Source: Dehalococcoidia bacterium (GTDB taxonomy: Bacteria; Chloroflexota; Dehalococcoidia; Tepidiformales; Tepidiformaceae). From it: a stretch of 64,000 bases of DNA. The position numbers were made by a program, and so were the translations under genes. Under the pieces are notes generated by a model. The model made no database searches. It was given only the letters and a program-made list of their open reading frames with translations, and had not been told where the DNA came from. The stretch is taken from NCBI GenBank assembly GCA_050185215.1, contig JBFWZP010000012.1, forward strand, positions 11,439 to 75,438. Reading direction: 5' to 3'. Positions 48,543 through 57,093 of the stretch are shown here, piece by piece. Within the stretch, counting starts at the first letter, position 1. The number at the start of each line of letters is the position of its first letter.

Positions 48543-49808
48543 ATGAGGAAGTGGAACGGCTGGCGCTTGCCGCTGGCAGGAGGAATCGCCGGGCTCGCCA
48601 TCGGCGCCGCCGCAATGTTCGGTATCGGCTTCGATGGCAGCGCCAGCGCGCTCACGAACTGTTCAGTGAGCGACAACAGCGTCGACGCGGAGGAGCAGGC
48701 CTTCCTTGGCCTGATCAACAACTACCGGGCCCAGAACGGTCTCGGCGCACTCACGATGTCGACCAACTTGAATCGCTCGGCCACCTGGCTGGCGGTCGAT
48801 ATGGGCGCGAAGAACTACTTCTCCCATACCGATTCGCTCGGGCGTTCGCCTTCGACGCGCGCGCAGAACTGCGACTACCCCTCGGGCGCCGGCGAAAACA
48901 TCGCCGCCGGGGGCGCGTGGTCTTCGGCCAGTGCCGTGTTCAACGCCTGGAAGAACTCTTCGGGACATAACGCAAACATGCTCAACGGCTCGTACCGCCA
49001 GATCGGAATCGCCCGTGCCTACACGTCCGGCAGCACCTACGGCTGGTACTGGGTCACAGACTTCGGCCTCGTGAACGACGGCACGAACGGCGGAGGCGGG
49101 TCGAGTGCCACCGCGACGCCTACCCGCACGGCCACCGGGGCTGCAGCGACCGCCACGGCAACGCGAACACCAACACGGGCCGCGGCAACGCCCACGCGGA
49201 CTCCAACAGCAACCCCGACACAGCCGCCGGCATCATCCGGACCGGCTTCGATTTCCAGCCCATCCAGCGGTTCCACGCTCTCCGGTTCAACAGCCACTTT
49301 CCAGTGGCAGGCAGTGTCCGGCGGGCTCGAATACTTCTTCTACGCAGGGACCGCATCTGGCTCGAACAACATCGTTGGCCGCTCGGTTGGGCTTGGCACT
49401 TCGTACACGGCGACAAACCTACCAACATCGGGCGGCAGCATCTACGTCCGCCTCTGGACGCGCTTCTCGAATGGCTGGCAGTACCGCGACTTCGCGTACA
49501 CCGCCGCAAACTCGGGCGGCGGCTCCCAGGCCGCAAAGGCTGTGATGACGAGCCCGTCCAACGGTTCTCACCTCTCCGGGACAACCGTCAGCTTCAGTTG
49601 GACCCCGGGCAGCGGCGCCCAGCAGTACTTCTTCTACCTGGGGACCAGCCAGGGTTCGAACAACCTGCTTGGCGCATCGACGGGGCTGAACACGAGCGTC
49701 ACCCTCGCCAACATGCCGCGTGGCGGTCAGCCCCTGTACGTTCGTCTCTGGACGCGGCTTTCCACCGGCTGGCAGTACAACGACTACATGTACTACGCAG
49801 CTCCTTAG
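48543..49808 (+). CDS. secreted CAP/SCP/PR1-domain protein with a Thr/Pro/Ala linker and two tandem C-terminal domains of unknown family
   Basis: The product has a signal/anchor helix and CAP motifs (LINNYRAQNGL..L, FSHTDS, GENIA, W.NS.GH..NML...Y..IG). A PTRT-rich linker follows. Two paralogous modules of about 90 aa each end in YVRLWTR.S.GWQY.D..Y. Confidence 0.75.
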   Translation: MRKWNGWRLPLAGGIAGLAIGAAAMFGIGFDGSASALTNCSVSDNSVDAEEQAFLGLINNYRAQNGLGALTMSTNLNRSATWLAVDMGAKNYFSHTDSLGRSPSTRAQNCDYPSGAGENIAAGGAWSSASAVFNAWKNSSGHNANMLNGSYRQIGIARAYTSGSTYGWYWVTDFGLVNDGTNGGGGSSATATPTRTATGAAATATATRTPTRAAATPTRTPTATPTQPPASSGPASISSPSSGSTLSGSTATFQWQAVSGGLEYFFYAGTASGSNNIVGRSVGLGTSYTATNLPTSGGSIYVRLWTRFSNGWQYRDFAYTAANSGGGSQAAKAVMTSPSNGSHLSGTTVSFSWTPGSGAQQYFFYLGTSQGSNNLLGASTGLNTSVTLANMPRGGQPLYVRLWTRLSTGWQYNDYMYYAAP

Positions 49809-49829
49809 CCTCTCAGCAAGTTCGCTTTA

Positions 49830-49870
49830 CTCCCCTCTCCCAGGCCTGGGAGAGGGGCCGGGGGTGAGGG
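49830..49870 (+). repeat. REP-like palindromic intergenic element, copy 2
   Basis: The sequence is CTCCCCTCTCCCA-GGCC-TGGGAGAGGGGCCGGGGGTGAGGG. It fills the gap between two convergent genes. Confidence 0.7.
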
Positions 49871-50317
49871 TTACCGCCGGATCCACACCCGGCGGATCAC
49901 CACAGTCTCACTCACGGCCGCCGCATGGGGATACGGGTCGGCAGCCGGCGCCTGCTGCGCCACAGAAACTTCCTTCGAGCGCTCCGGGCGCCGTGACCTT
50001 TTCTCGGATTTCGGGCGGCCGGCGACTGCGTTGAGTGCCTGTTTGCCCGCTTGCTTCGCGAGGAACTTGCCCGTCAGGCTCACGCCTATCTGGAGCGCTG
50101 TCCCGACGGCCATGGCCGTCGCCGCCTTCTTCACCGGAGCCGGCAACGGAGCGCGCTGCCTCGGTTGCCGCGCTGGCAGGCTTGGCGCGGCCGCAACAAT
50201 CGCGGTATCGCGTACGGCGGCGAGGAACATGCCGCATTGGCGGCAGTAGTTGTCGTCGGGCTGGTATTCCGCCTGGCAATCAGGGCAGTTGGGCAAGGTT
50301 TGAGCCATGGCGGGCAT
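49871..50317 (-). CDS. zinc-ribbon protein of unknown function
   Basis: The N-terminus is LPNCPDCQAEYQPDDNYCRQCGMFL. A hydrophobic/amphipathic segment and a basic tail follow. The start is 50317 or 50308. Confidence 0.55.
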   Translation of the reverse strand: MPAMAQTLPNCPDCQAEYQPDDNYCRQCGMFLAAVRDTAIVAAAPSLPARQPRQRAPLPAPVKKAATAMAVGTALQIGVSLTGKFLAKQAGKQALNAVAGRPKSEKRSRRPERSKEVSVAQQAPAADPYPHAAAVSETVVIRRVWIRR

Positions 50318-51120
50318 TATACGGGCCGTGTCGAGTGGACCGCTCGCTCGACCTCTGCCGTCAGATCGATGGGCTCGCCCGGCGGGACAGGTAACGCTCC
50401 CGTCGCAATCGCCCGCAACGTTTCGACCAGGAACGGCCGTTCTCGCGCCACGCCTCGCGCGCGAATATCCGAATACAGGGGCATCGCCATGATTCGGTCC
50501 AGCGTCGAGTCATCGATCTCCTGCCCCGAGACGGCGTTCCAGGCCGATTCGTTCATCTCGTCCTGGATCGCAAACCGGCAGAAGCTGATTGCTGGACCAC
50601 GGTCAACGTTTCCGGTCACCAGGTTCATCATGCACCCCGAATCCAGAGCCTGCGTCCGCATCAATTCAGCGATGACTTCCTGGTACGTACCGATTGGCCC
50701 GTCCGGCAACGCGGGGTGGTCGTTGATGAACGTGAACTGGCCGAACAGCGGCTCCGTCGCGATGAGCATGTATCCGAACATCACTCCGAGACTGAAGTCG
50801 TACTGGCCAAGTGTCTCTGCGACCTGGCGGTCGTAGTCGTAGCGCCACGGCTGCAGTGCCTCGCCCGGCTTGCCGATCCTCCCGCCGACCGACTTCCGAA
50901 AACGCACCGAAGAATTCGTCTCCACCGGGATTCCGCGGGCTTCCACCATCGCGATGAGCCGGTCGGTCGCCTCGTACTCCCCCCGGTCGCGATTGACGAA
51001 CACCACCGCCACGTCAACCGGCAACCCCCTGTCGATGGCATTCAGGGTGTACTCCAGCGCGCCATACGAGCCCGGGCCTCTCCCCGTCGTCAGCCATGCA
51101 ATCCGCAGCACATTCGTCAT
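50317..51120 (-). CDS. formyltransferase-fold protein (PurN paralogue-like) with a C-terminal extension
   Basis: The product begins LRIAWLTTGRGPGS. INDHPALPDGPIG resembles the PurN N-x-H-P-S-L-L-P motif. MMNLVTGNVDRGPAI resembles the Asp-containing H.V...D.GPII motif. Confidence 0.55.
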   Translation of the reverse strand: MTNVLRIAWLTTGRGPGSYGALEYTLNAIDRGLPVDVAVVFVNRDRGEYEATDRLIAMVEARGIPVETNSSVRFRKSVGGRIGKPGEALQPWRYDYDRQVAETLGQYDFSLGVMFGYMLIATEPLFGQFTFINDHPALPDGPIGTYQEVIAELMRTQALDSGCMMNLVTGNVDRGPAISFCRFAIQDEMNESAWNAVSGQEIDDSTLDRIMAMPLYSDIRARGVARERPFLVETLRAIATGALPVPPGEPIDLTAEVERAVHSTRPV

Positions 51121-51126
51121 CTGTCA

Positions 51127-51172
51127 CTCCCCCTCGCCCGCGAAGTCGGGAGGAGGGGCCGGGGGGTGAGGG
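51127..51172 (+). repeat. REP-like palindromic intergenic element, copy 3 (imperfect arms)
   Basis: The sequence is CTCCCCCTCGCCCG-CGAAGT-CGGGAGGAGGGGCCGGGGGGTGAGGG. It lies between xseB and the formyltransferase-like gene. Confidence 0.6.
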
Positions 51173-51175
51173 CTC

Positions 51176-51418
51176 TCACTCCTCTGCCTCGTAGCCGGCT
51201 TCCACTTCCCGAAGCTGGAACTCGTCCTCCTCCATTCGCCCCTGGAGCGTCTTCACCTGCAGTTCGGCCTTCTCGAGAATCGAGCGCAACTGGTCGACGA
51301 GCTTCGCGCCGTCTTCATATAGCGCCAGGGATTCCTCGAGGGGCAGATTGCCCTGCTCGAGCTTTCGCGCCTTCTCTTCAAGCGCGGCGTAAAGGGCCTC
51401 AAAGGTTGGTTCGGCCAT
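51176..51418 (-). CDS. xseB: exodeoxyribonuclease VII small subunit
   Basis: The 80-aa product reads FEALYAALEEKARKLEQGNLPLEESLALYEDGAKLV. It sits directly downstream of xseA. Confidence 0.9.
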   Translation of the reverse strand: MAEPTFEALYAALEEKARKLEQGNLPLEESLALYEDGAKLVDQLRSILEKAELQVKTLQGRMEEDEFQLREVEAGYEAEE

Positions 51419-51421
51419 CAG

Positions 51422-52612
51422 TCAGCTCACCTCCGCCCAGAATGCGCCATCGGCCACCGATACGGATAGCCGCTCGCCCGGTTTCACTTTGCGCGCGCTA
51501 TTGACTACTGGCTTCTTGGTCGCCCCTTCTTTCTGCACGATTGCGAACCCACGTGCCAGCGTCGCCATCGGGTTGAGCGAATCAATCCGCGCCGCCACGT
51601 TCTCGAACCGAGCACGGTCGGTCGAGGTCCGTCGCTCGAGCCCGGCCTGCATTTCGCGGAGGAGCGTGCGGACGCGCCCCGCGAGCTCCTCGGGGTTCGG
51701 GGCACCGTACTGCAGGCGGCGCAACTGAGCCTCCACGCGGCTGGCATGGTCCGCGAGCGCGGCCCGCGCCGCCGAGGCCATCTGCCGGTCGGTGATGCGG
51801 AGCGCCCGTTCGAGTTGGGTGATATCTGGCACCGACCGCTCGGCAGCGGCACTTGGAGTTGGTGCTCGAAGGTCTGCCACCAGGTCCGCGATCGTCACGT
51901 CAGTCTCATGGCCAACGCCCGAAACCACTGGCACCGGGAAGCCGTAGATGGCGCGCGCCACCCGCTCATCGTTGAATGCGGAAAGGTCCTCAGCGCTTCC
52001 TCCTCCCCGCGCCACGATAGCGAGGTCCAGGTCCGGTTCTCGCGCGAGCCGCCGGAGTGCGCCGGTGACCTGGCCGGCCGCCTGGTCGCCCTGCACCAGT
52101 GCCGGCGAGAGCAGCACGGTCGCCAACGGCCAGCGACGAGCGAGCACGTTGCGAATGTCCTGCAGCGCTGCGCCGGTCGGCGATGTGACCACGCCGATCC
52201 GCCGCGGAAACGCCGGCAACGGCCGCTTCCGTGCCGGATCGAAGAGGCCTTCAGCTTCCAGTCGCAGGCGCAGTTCTTCGAACTTCGCTGCAAGGAATCC
52301 GACTCCCTCCGGCCGCACGAAGTCGAGCACGAATTGCAGCTCGCCTCGCTGTGGATAAACCGTGATGCGTCCATGGGCGACTACGCGCTCGCCGTCCTTA
52401 AGCTGGAATCCCGGCATGTTGTCTCGGAACAAGATTGTCCGCAGCGAAGCACCTGCGTCCTTGAGCGAAAAGTATCGGTGGCCCACCTGCGACCGCGTGT
52501 AGTTCGAAACCTCGCCCTGGATCCACAGGTCGCTAAAGAACTCGTTCGATTCGAGCACTTCCCGCAGGAACGAAACCACGGCCGAGACGGAGAGAGCAGA
52601 AGGCGGGTTCAT
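51422..52612 (-). CDS. xseA: exodeoxyribonuclease VII large subunit
   Basis: The N-terminal OB region reads LSVSAVVSFLREVLESNEFFSDLWIQGEVSNYTRSQVGHRYFSLKD. The product then shows IGVVTSPTGAALQD and ARGGGS motifs. Confidence 0.92.
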   Translation of the reverse strand: MNPPSALSVSAVVSFLREVLESNEFFSDLWIQGEVSNYTRSQVGHRYFSLKDAGASLRTILFRDNMPGFQLKDGERVVAHGRITVYPQRGELQFVLDFVRPEGVGFLAAKFEELRLRLEAEGLFDPARKRPLPAFPRRIGVVTSPTGAALQDIRNVLARRWPLATVLLSPALVQGDQAAGQVTGALRRLAREPDLDLAIVARGGGSAEDLSAFNDERVARAIYGFPVPVVSGVGHETDVTIADLVADLRAPTPSAAAERSVPDITQLERALRITDRQMASAARAALADHASRVEAQLRRLQYGAPNPEELAGRVRTLLREMQAGLERRTSTDRARFENVAARIDSLNPMATLARGFAIVQKEGATKKPVVNSARKVKPGERLSVSVADGAFWAEVS

Positions 52613-52657
52613 TGGTGACGTAGAGGATATGGGAGCCTGCCGATCGGTGCAGCGCCA

Positions 52658-53575
52658 TTACCGCGTGAAAGCGATTGCCGACTTCTTCGTCAACTGGATC
52701 AGGTGCTGGGACATCTCGGCGCGGTTGTGCCTCAGCGTGAACGCGGTCCAGTTCATCAGGTAGTACACCTCCCAGGCCGCCACCCTCCGTTCAACGGCCG
52801 CCCAAACGGTGGCTCCTTCGCGATACGCCTCCAGGAACGCGTCACGATGATCCGGAAGGCCCCCCAGCCACGCCTGGAGCGCACCCACGAAACATGCCAG
52901 GTCACGCTCGGGATACCCCGCCCCAATGGTTTCCCAATCGTTGACGGCGAAGGCGTTGCCGCCGTCCATCAACACGTGATTCGCGACGAACGAGTCGTGG
53001 ACAACCGTCACCGGCGGTTCCTGCAGCTGTTCATTGAGACACGCGGCAACGGCGATCAGCGCCTCGCGGGTCTCCCCGTCGGCCGAATCCCACGCCTGCA
53101 CGAGCGACCAGTGCTCCCAGCTGACGTTGGTGGTCACCGCCACGTGCTGAGGCGTGAAGCTATCGACCAGCGAAAGCGGCGCCCTGTGGAGATCACGAAG
53201 AAATGCACCCGCCCTTCGGCAGCCTTCTTCCGCCCAGCTCATTCCGCCGGCGATCGCCTGACCGAGATCGATGTCGGTGACGAACTCGAGGGTCATCCAT
53301 GGAGCGGATGGCCCGTCGTCTCGAAAATGTTCGAGCCGGGGAACTGCGAGTCCTGCCGCGGCGAGACGTTCCAGCGCCGTTGCCTCCTGCCGCACGGAAG
53401 AATAGAGGTGTTCCCCTCCGGCCAGCTTGAACACCTTCGGGCTTACCGCACCGTCGAATTCCAGCTTGCAGACGTAGTTGTTTTCGCTGTGCAACTTGCG
53501 CACACGCGGTCGCACCCCATACAGGCTCTCCGCTAGCCGGGCTATCTCCTCGTTGCGGCCGGTGTCTTCGTCCAT
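52658..53575 (-). CDS. phosphotransferase-family (APH/choline-kinase-like) protein
   Basis: The kinase-like core reads VVHDSFVANHVLMDGGNAFAVNDWE (H.D...N...D motifs). The substrate cannot be inferred. Confidence 0.65.
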   Translation of the reverse strand: MDEDTGRNEEIARLAESLYGVRPRVRKLHSENNYVCKLEFDGAVSPKVFKLAGGEHLYSSVRQEATALERLAAAGLAVPRLEHFRDDGPSAPWMTLEFVTDIDLGQAIAGGMSWAEEGCRRAGAFLRDLHRAPLSLVDSFTPQHVAVTTNVSWEHWSLVQAWDSADGETREALIAVAACLNEQLQEPPVTVVHDSFVANHVLMDGGNAFAVNDWETIGAGYPERDLACFVGALQAWLGGLPDHRDAFLEAYREGATVWAAVERRVAAWEVYYLMNWTAFTLRHNRAEMSQHLIQLTKKSAIAFTR

Positions 53576-54302
53576 GGCGAAATTATCCCAGCCAACACGG
53601 AAGTTGCGCTGCCGAAGTAGACTGGCTTCGAACGGACGGGACGAAGTGGCTACGGGTTCGATTCATCACTGGGCGGGAATCGCCTCTCTTCATCTCAAGG
53701 CAGGGGAGAAACTCCCGGGATTTGCCCAGATCATCATCGAGGCTGCCGAAGACAGGCTGACCGCCTGGGATGGTCAGTTCTTCGCCGGCGTGGCAATTCC
53801 CGAACTCCACCGGGCCACCTCTGCCGAGCTTGTCCTGCCCGGAGACGGGGTGGCTCACGCGACCGTCGCCGCTAACGCCGGTGGGGTGTTCTCAATCTCC
53901 GGCCAGGAGCAATGGCCGGGCTGGGAGGAACTCCTCAAGAACGCCGAAGAACCACCGGCCCCCGAATTCTTCGTGCGCGACGGGTTCGTCGAGGTTCGAG
54001 CGGCCCCGGTGATTTCGCCTGCGAATTGGGTGCCCGCCGATAGCTTTCCCATTCGCCAGGGTCAACGAATGCTGGTCGACTACCGGCCGGTCACCCAGAT
54101 TTTCGTGCCCTTCACGTCGTTCCTCGATGCTGCGGAAACGCTGCAGCGGCTCGGCGCGAGGGTCGCCGTCGTCGCCTCGTCCGGGCTCGCGTTTGGCATA
54201 AGCCGCCAGGCCATCCTCACGGCAGGCCTGGACGAGGAGCACTCATTCCGCGTCTTCTGGGACTACGACGAAGCGCTCGTTTGGCTTTTGGCGGACCGCT
54301 GA
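53574..54302 (+). CDS. hypothetical protein (start uncertain)
   Basis: The ORF has coding-like GC3 bias. I recognised no family. The first ATG overlaps the divergent gene's ATG (CCATGG), so the true start may lie downstream. Confidence 0.4.
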   Translation: MAKLSQPTRKLRCRSRLASNGRDEVATGSIHHWAGIASLHLKAGEKLPGFAQIIIEAAEDRLTAWDGQFFAGVAIPELHRATSAELVLPGDGVAHATVAANAGGVFSISGQEQWPGWEELLKNAEEPPAPEFFVRDGFVEVRAAPVISPANWVPADSFPIRQGQRMLVDYRPVTQIFVPFTSFLDAAETLQRLGARVAVVASSGLAFGISRQAILTAGLDEEHSFRVFWDYDEALVWLLADR

Positions 54303-54327
54303 GCGAACGCTTGCAGACTCCAGGCGC

Positions 54328-54888
54328 CTACTGCACGCGTTCGATGTACGTCCCGAGGTCAGTGTTCACTCGGATCTTCGTGCCCTCTTCGATGAACAAC
54401 GGTACCTGAACCACGAGGCCCGTCTCGAGTGTCGCAGGCTTGTTGCCACCCGTGGCGGTGTCACCCTTGAAGCCCGGATCGGTCTGAGTGACCGTGAGCT
54501 CAACCGAAATCGGCAATTCGATGCCGATCACTTCGTCGCCGAAAAGCACGACCTCGCAGAGGTCGGATTCCTTCAGGTACTTGTTAGCGTCGCCAACCTT
54601 CTCTGCGCCGACCGGGATCTGTTCGTAGGTCTCGGTGTTCATGAAGTAGTAAAATTGGTCGTCGCTGTAGAGGTACTGCATCTCACGGCGCTCGACGCGA
54701 GCCCGCGTGAACTTCGTACCCGACTGCACCGTATGCTCGATGATTGAACCGCTTCGCACGTCGCGCAGTTTGATTTTGACCTGCGCCGAGCCGCGGCCGG
54801 TCTTGATGTGGGCGTAATCCATGATCGCGAAGAGCTTGCCATCCATTTCGATGGTCGCGCCCTTCTTCAGTTCAGCGGTGGATATCAC
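54328..54888 (-). CDS. efp: elongation factor P
   Basis: The GTG start is preceded by AGGAG. The product reads ISTAELKKGATIEMDGKLFAIMDYAHIKTGRGSAQVKIKLRDV...GDTATGGNKPATLETG. The rest of ORF 54328..55104 is an upstream extension. Confidence 0.93.
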   Translation of the reverse strand: MISTAELKKGATIEMDGKLFAIMDYAHIKTGRGSAQVKIKLRDVRSGSIIEHTVQSGTKFTRARVERREMQYLYSDDQFYYFMNTETYEQIPVGAEKVGDANKYLKESDLCEVVLFGDEVIGIELPISVELTVTQTDPGFKGDTATGGNKPATLETGLVVQVPLFIEEGTKIRVNTDLGTYIERVQ

Positions 54889-54892
54889 GTCG

Positions 54893-56032
54893 TCAGACTC
54901 CTGCGGGGGTGAGTTTTCTGGCCTTACTGAGCACTCGCGCCTTGCCGTTTTCGAGAACGACGATGTCTTCGATGCGAACGCCGCCCCAGCCGGGGAGGTA
55001 GATGCCTGGCTCAATGGTAAACACCATTCCCTCTTCCAAGGTATCCGACGAGCTACTGCCGAGGTAGGGATCTTCGTGAACTGCCAGCCCCACCCCGTGC
55101 CCAAGCCCGTGTCCGAAGCGCTCGCCGTATCCGGCCTTCTCGATAACCGAGCGCGCGAGGCGGTCCGCGTCCACGCACTTCATGCCCGCTTCCACACCTT
55201 CGATCGCCGCCTGCTGGGCCTCGTAGACAATGGCATAGATCTCCCGGAACTTCGCATCCTGCTCGCCGAGGACGATGGTCCGCGTCAGGTCGCTGCAATA
55301 GCCGCCAAACTTCGCCCCCATGTCGATCACGATCGGGCGGCCCGAGCCCACCGCCGTTGGTGTCGGATTGGCGTGGGGCATCGCCCCATTCGGCCCACCG
55401 GCGAGGATCGTGTCGAACGAGACCGAAGTCCCGCCTTCGGCTTTCACGTTCGCGGCGAACATCTCAGCGGCAACCAGTTCGCTCGTCTCGGGCGCGATAG
55501 CCGATTCCAACTGTTCGAAGGCCCGGTCGGAGATGTCGATCGCCGCCTGCAGGAGTCGTAGTTCATTCGGGTCTTTCACTCTTCGAAGCTTCCCGAGGAT
55601 ATCCGGCGCCGGCAGCCACTTCGGCCGGTCCTTCGTCGGAAGCGTACGGGCCAGCGATGTCAGCGAGCGCCTCGCCGCCCAGGTCAGGTCATGCGTCGAG
55701 AGCCCCACGCGCTTTCCGGCAATCCCCGACTCGCCGACGAACTTCGCGAACCATTCCTTACGAGCGCCAAGCGCCGGGAAAACAGCGAATCCCCGCGGCG
55801 CGCATTCCGCCTCCGCCTGTTCGGTGTAGCGGAAGTCGGCGGCGACTATCGCCTTCTCCTTTGTCACCAGCACAACCCCCGCCGAGCCCGTGAATCCGGC
55901 CGTGTAGTACCGCGATTCCATCCCAAGGTGCTCTTCCCCCGGCGCCGAAATCATCAACGCCTCGAGATTCGCTTCCGCGAGCGCCTCCCGAATCCGGTCC
56001 AGTCGCTGGCGCGCCACCTCCGAAACCGTCAT
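54893..56032 (-). CDS. M24-family Xaa-Pro aminopeptidase
   Basis: The creatinase-like N-domain is followed by metal ligands in DMGAKFGGYCSDLTRT, HGLGHGVGL.VHE and VFTIEPG.Y. The ATG overlaps the aroQ stop (ATGA). Confidence 0.88.
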   Translation of the reverse strand: MTVSEVARQRLDRIREALAEANLEALMISAPGEEHLGMESRYYTAGFTGSAGVVLVTKEKAIVAADFRYTEQAEAECAPRGFAVFPALGARKEWFAKFVGESGIAGKRVGLSTHDLTWAARRSLTSLARTLPTKDRPKWLPAPDILGKLRRVKDPNELRLLQAAIDISDRAFEQLESAIAPETSELVAAEMFAANVKAEGGTSVSFDTILAGGPNGAMPHANPTPTAVGSGRPIVIDMGAKFGGYCSDLTRTIVLGEQDAKFREIYAIVYEAQQAAIEGVEAGMKCVDADRLARSVIEKAGYGERFGHGLGHGVGLAVHEDPYLGSSSSDTLEEGMVFTIEPGIYLPGWGGVRIEDIVVLENGKARVLSKARKLTPAGV

Positions 56033-56469
56033 TTCCCGGCTCCAAGGTAGTCGAGCAGCAGGTTCGTAGCCACGGTGTACCCGGACCTGCCGAGTCCGGT
56101 CACCTGCCCGAGGCACACCGGTGCAATCATCGAGCGGTGTCGAAATCCCTCGCGGGCATGGGTGTTCGAAATATGCACTTCCACGACCGGGATCTGGATG
56201 GCCTCGATCGCGTCGTGCAGCGCCACCGACGTGTGCGTGTACGCCCCGGCATTGAGCACCACGCCGTGCGCAAACTTTCGGTGCTCATGCAGGAAGTCGA
56301 TGATCGAGCCTTCGTGGTTGCTCTGAAAGCTCAGTACCGTCGCACCGCGCGCTCCGGCCGCCGCCGCAACATCCGCCTCGATGTCGAGGAGCGTCGTCGT
56401 CCCGTACACCTCGGGCTTCCGCTCGCCAAGCAAATTGAGGTTCGGCCCATGCACCAGCAGGAGGTTCAT
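56029..56469 (-). CDS. aroQ: type II 3-dehydroquinate dehydratase
   Basis: The product reads LLLVHGPNLNLLGERKPEVYG...FQSNHEG.IID..H...........NAGAYTHTSVAL.DA. Confidence 0.93.
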   Translation of the reverse strand: MNLLLVHGPNLNLLGERKPEVYGTTTLLDIEADVAAAAGARGATVLSFQSNHEGSIIDFLHEHRKFAHGVVLNAGAYTHTSVALHDAIEAIQIPVVEVHISNTHAREGFRHRSMIAPVCLGQVTGLGRSGYTVATNLLLDYLGAGK

Positions 56470-56508
56470 CCGGCTGATTTTCGATTGAGCGCGAACAGTT
56501 TGTCGATC

Positions 56509-56967
56509 CTAAAAGCCCGGGATGCGCTTGAGTTTTGGCCAGCGGCCTTCTTCCTTCAGCCTGGCCGCCACGTCAGCCGGTGGTTCCCAGATCGCTTCGA
56601 GTTCATTTCCATCCGGGTCGTGGAACATCACATTGCACTGCCCATCGCTGTAGCCAACGATTTTCACGTTCTTTGCGACGAGTCTCTCGTGCAGAGCTTC
56701 CAACTCCTCGAACGATGCCATTTCCCAGGCCATGTGGTACATCCCGACGCGCTTCTGGTCGGGTCCTTCGGCTCCGTCCGGCAGCGGGAAGAGCGCGATC
56801 TCGTGTGAGGCGTCGGGCCGGGCGCCAAGGAACGCCACCTTGCCCTTGTTCTTCAACGTAAGCCCGAGCGCATCGCGATAGAACTCCACAGCCCGGTCGA
56901 CATCCCGGACGCGAAGGGCTATGTGGCCGAGCATTGTGGGGACGCCTGTGACGGTTGTGCTGGTCAT
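56509..56967 (-). CDS. VOC-family (glyoxalase / extradiol dioxygenase fold) protein
   Basis: The product shows LGHIALRVRDVDRAVEFYRDALGL and HMAWEM...FHDPDGNELE. The start is taken at the internal ATG (MTSTTV). Confidence 0.75.
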   Translation of the reverse strand: MTSTTVTGVPTMLGHIALRVRDVDRAVEFYRDALGLTLKNKGKVAFLGARPDASHEIALFPLPDGAEGPDQKRVGMYHMAWEMASFEELEALHERLVAKNVKIVGYSDGQCNVMFHDPDGNELEAIWEPPADVAARLKEEGRWPKLKRIPGF

Positions 56968-57093
56968 GGAGAGCCTCTTGCAACCACGCTGGGTAACGAA
57001 GTGGAAGCAAGCTACGCGCGGTAGCCGGGTCCTGTCAAAGCCGCGCTCGCGCCGCGGCCGTCGCGCCGGTATGGTCGGCGGCATCACACGCAG

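Noticed and set aside
52658-53575. The APH-like phosphotransferase, and the beta-lactamase-family gene at 57094..58341, as antibiotic resistance determinants.
   Set aside because: Only generic kinase-fold and S-x-x-K serine hydrolase motifs are visible. Both families are dominated by non-resistance enzymes, and the genomic context is core. No resistance claim is justified from sequence alone.
53573-53576. Divergent ORFs whose ATG codons overlap on a CCATGG palindrome.
   Set aside because: This is most likely an ORF-calling artefact. The plus-strand hypothetical gene probably starts further downstream. It is not evidence of a regulatory device.
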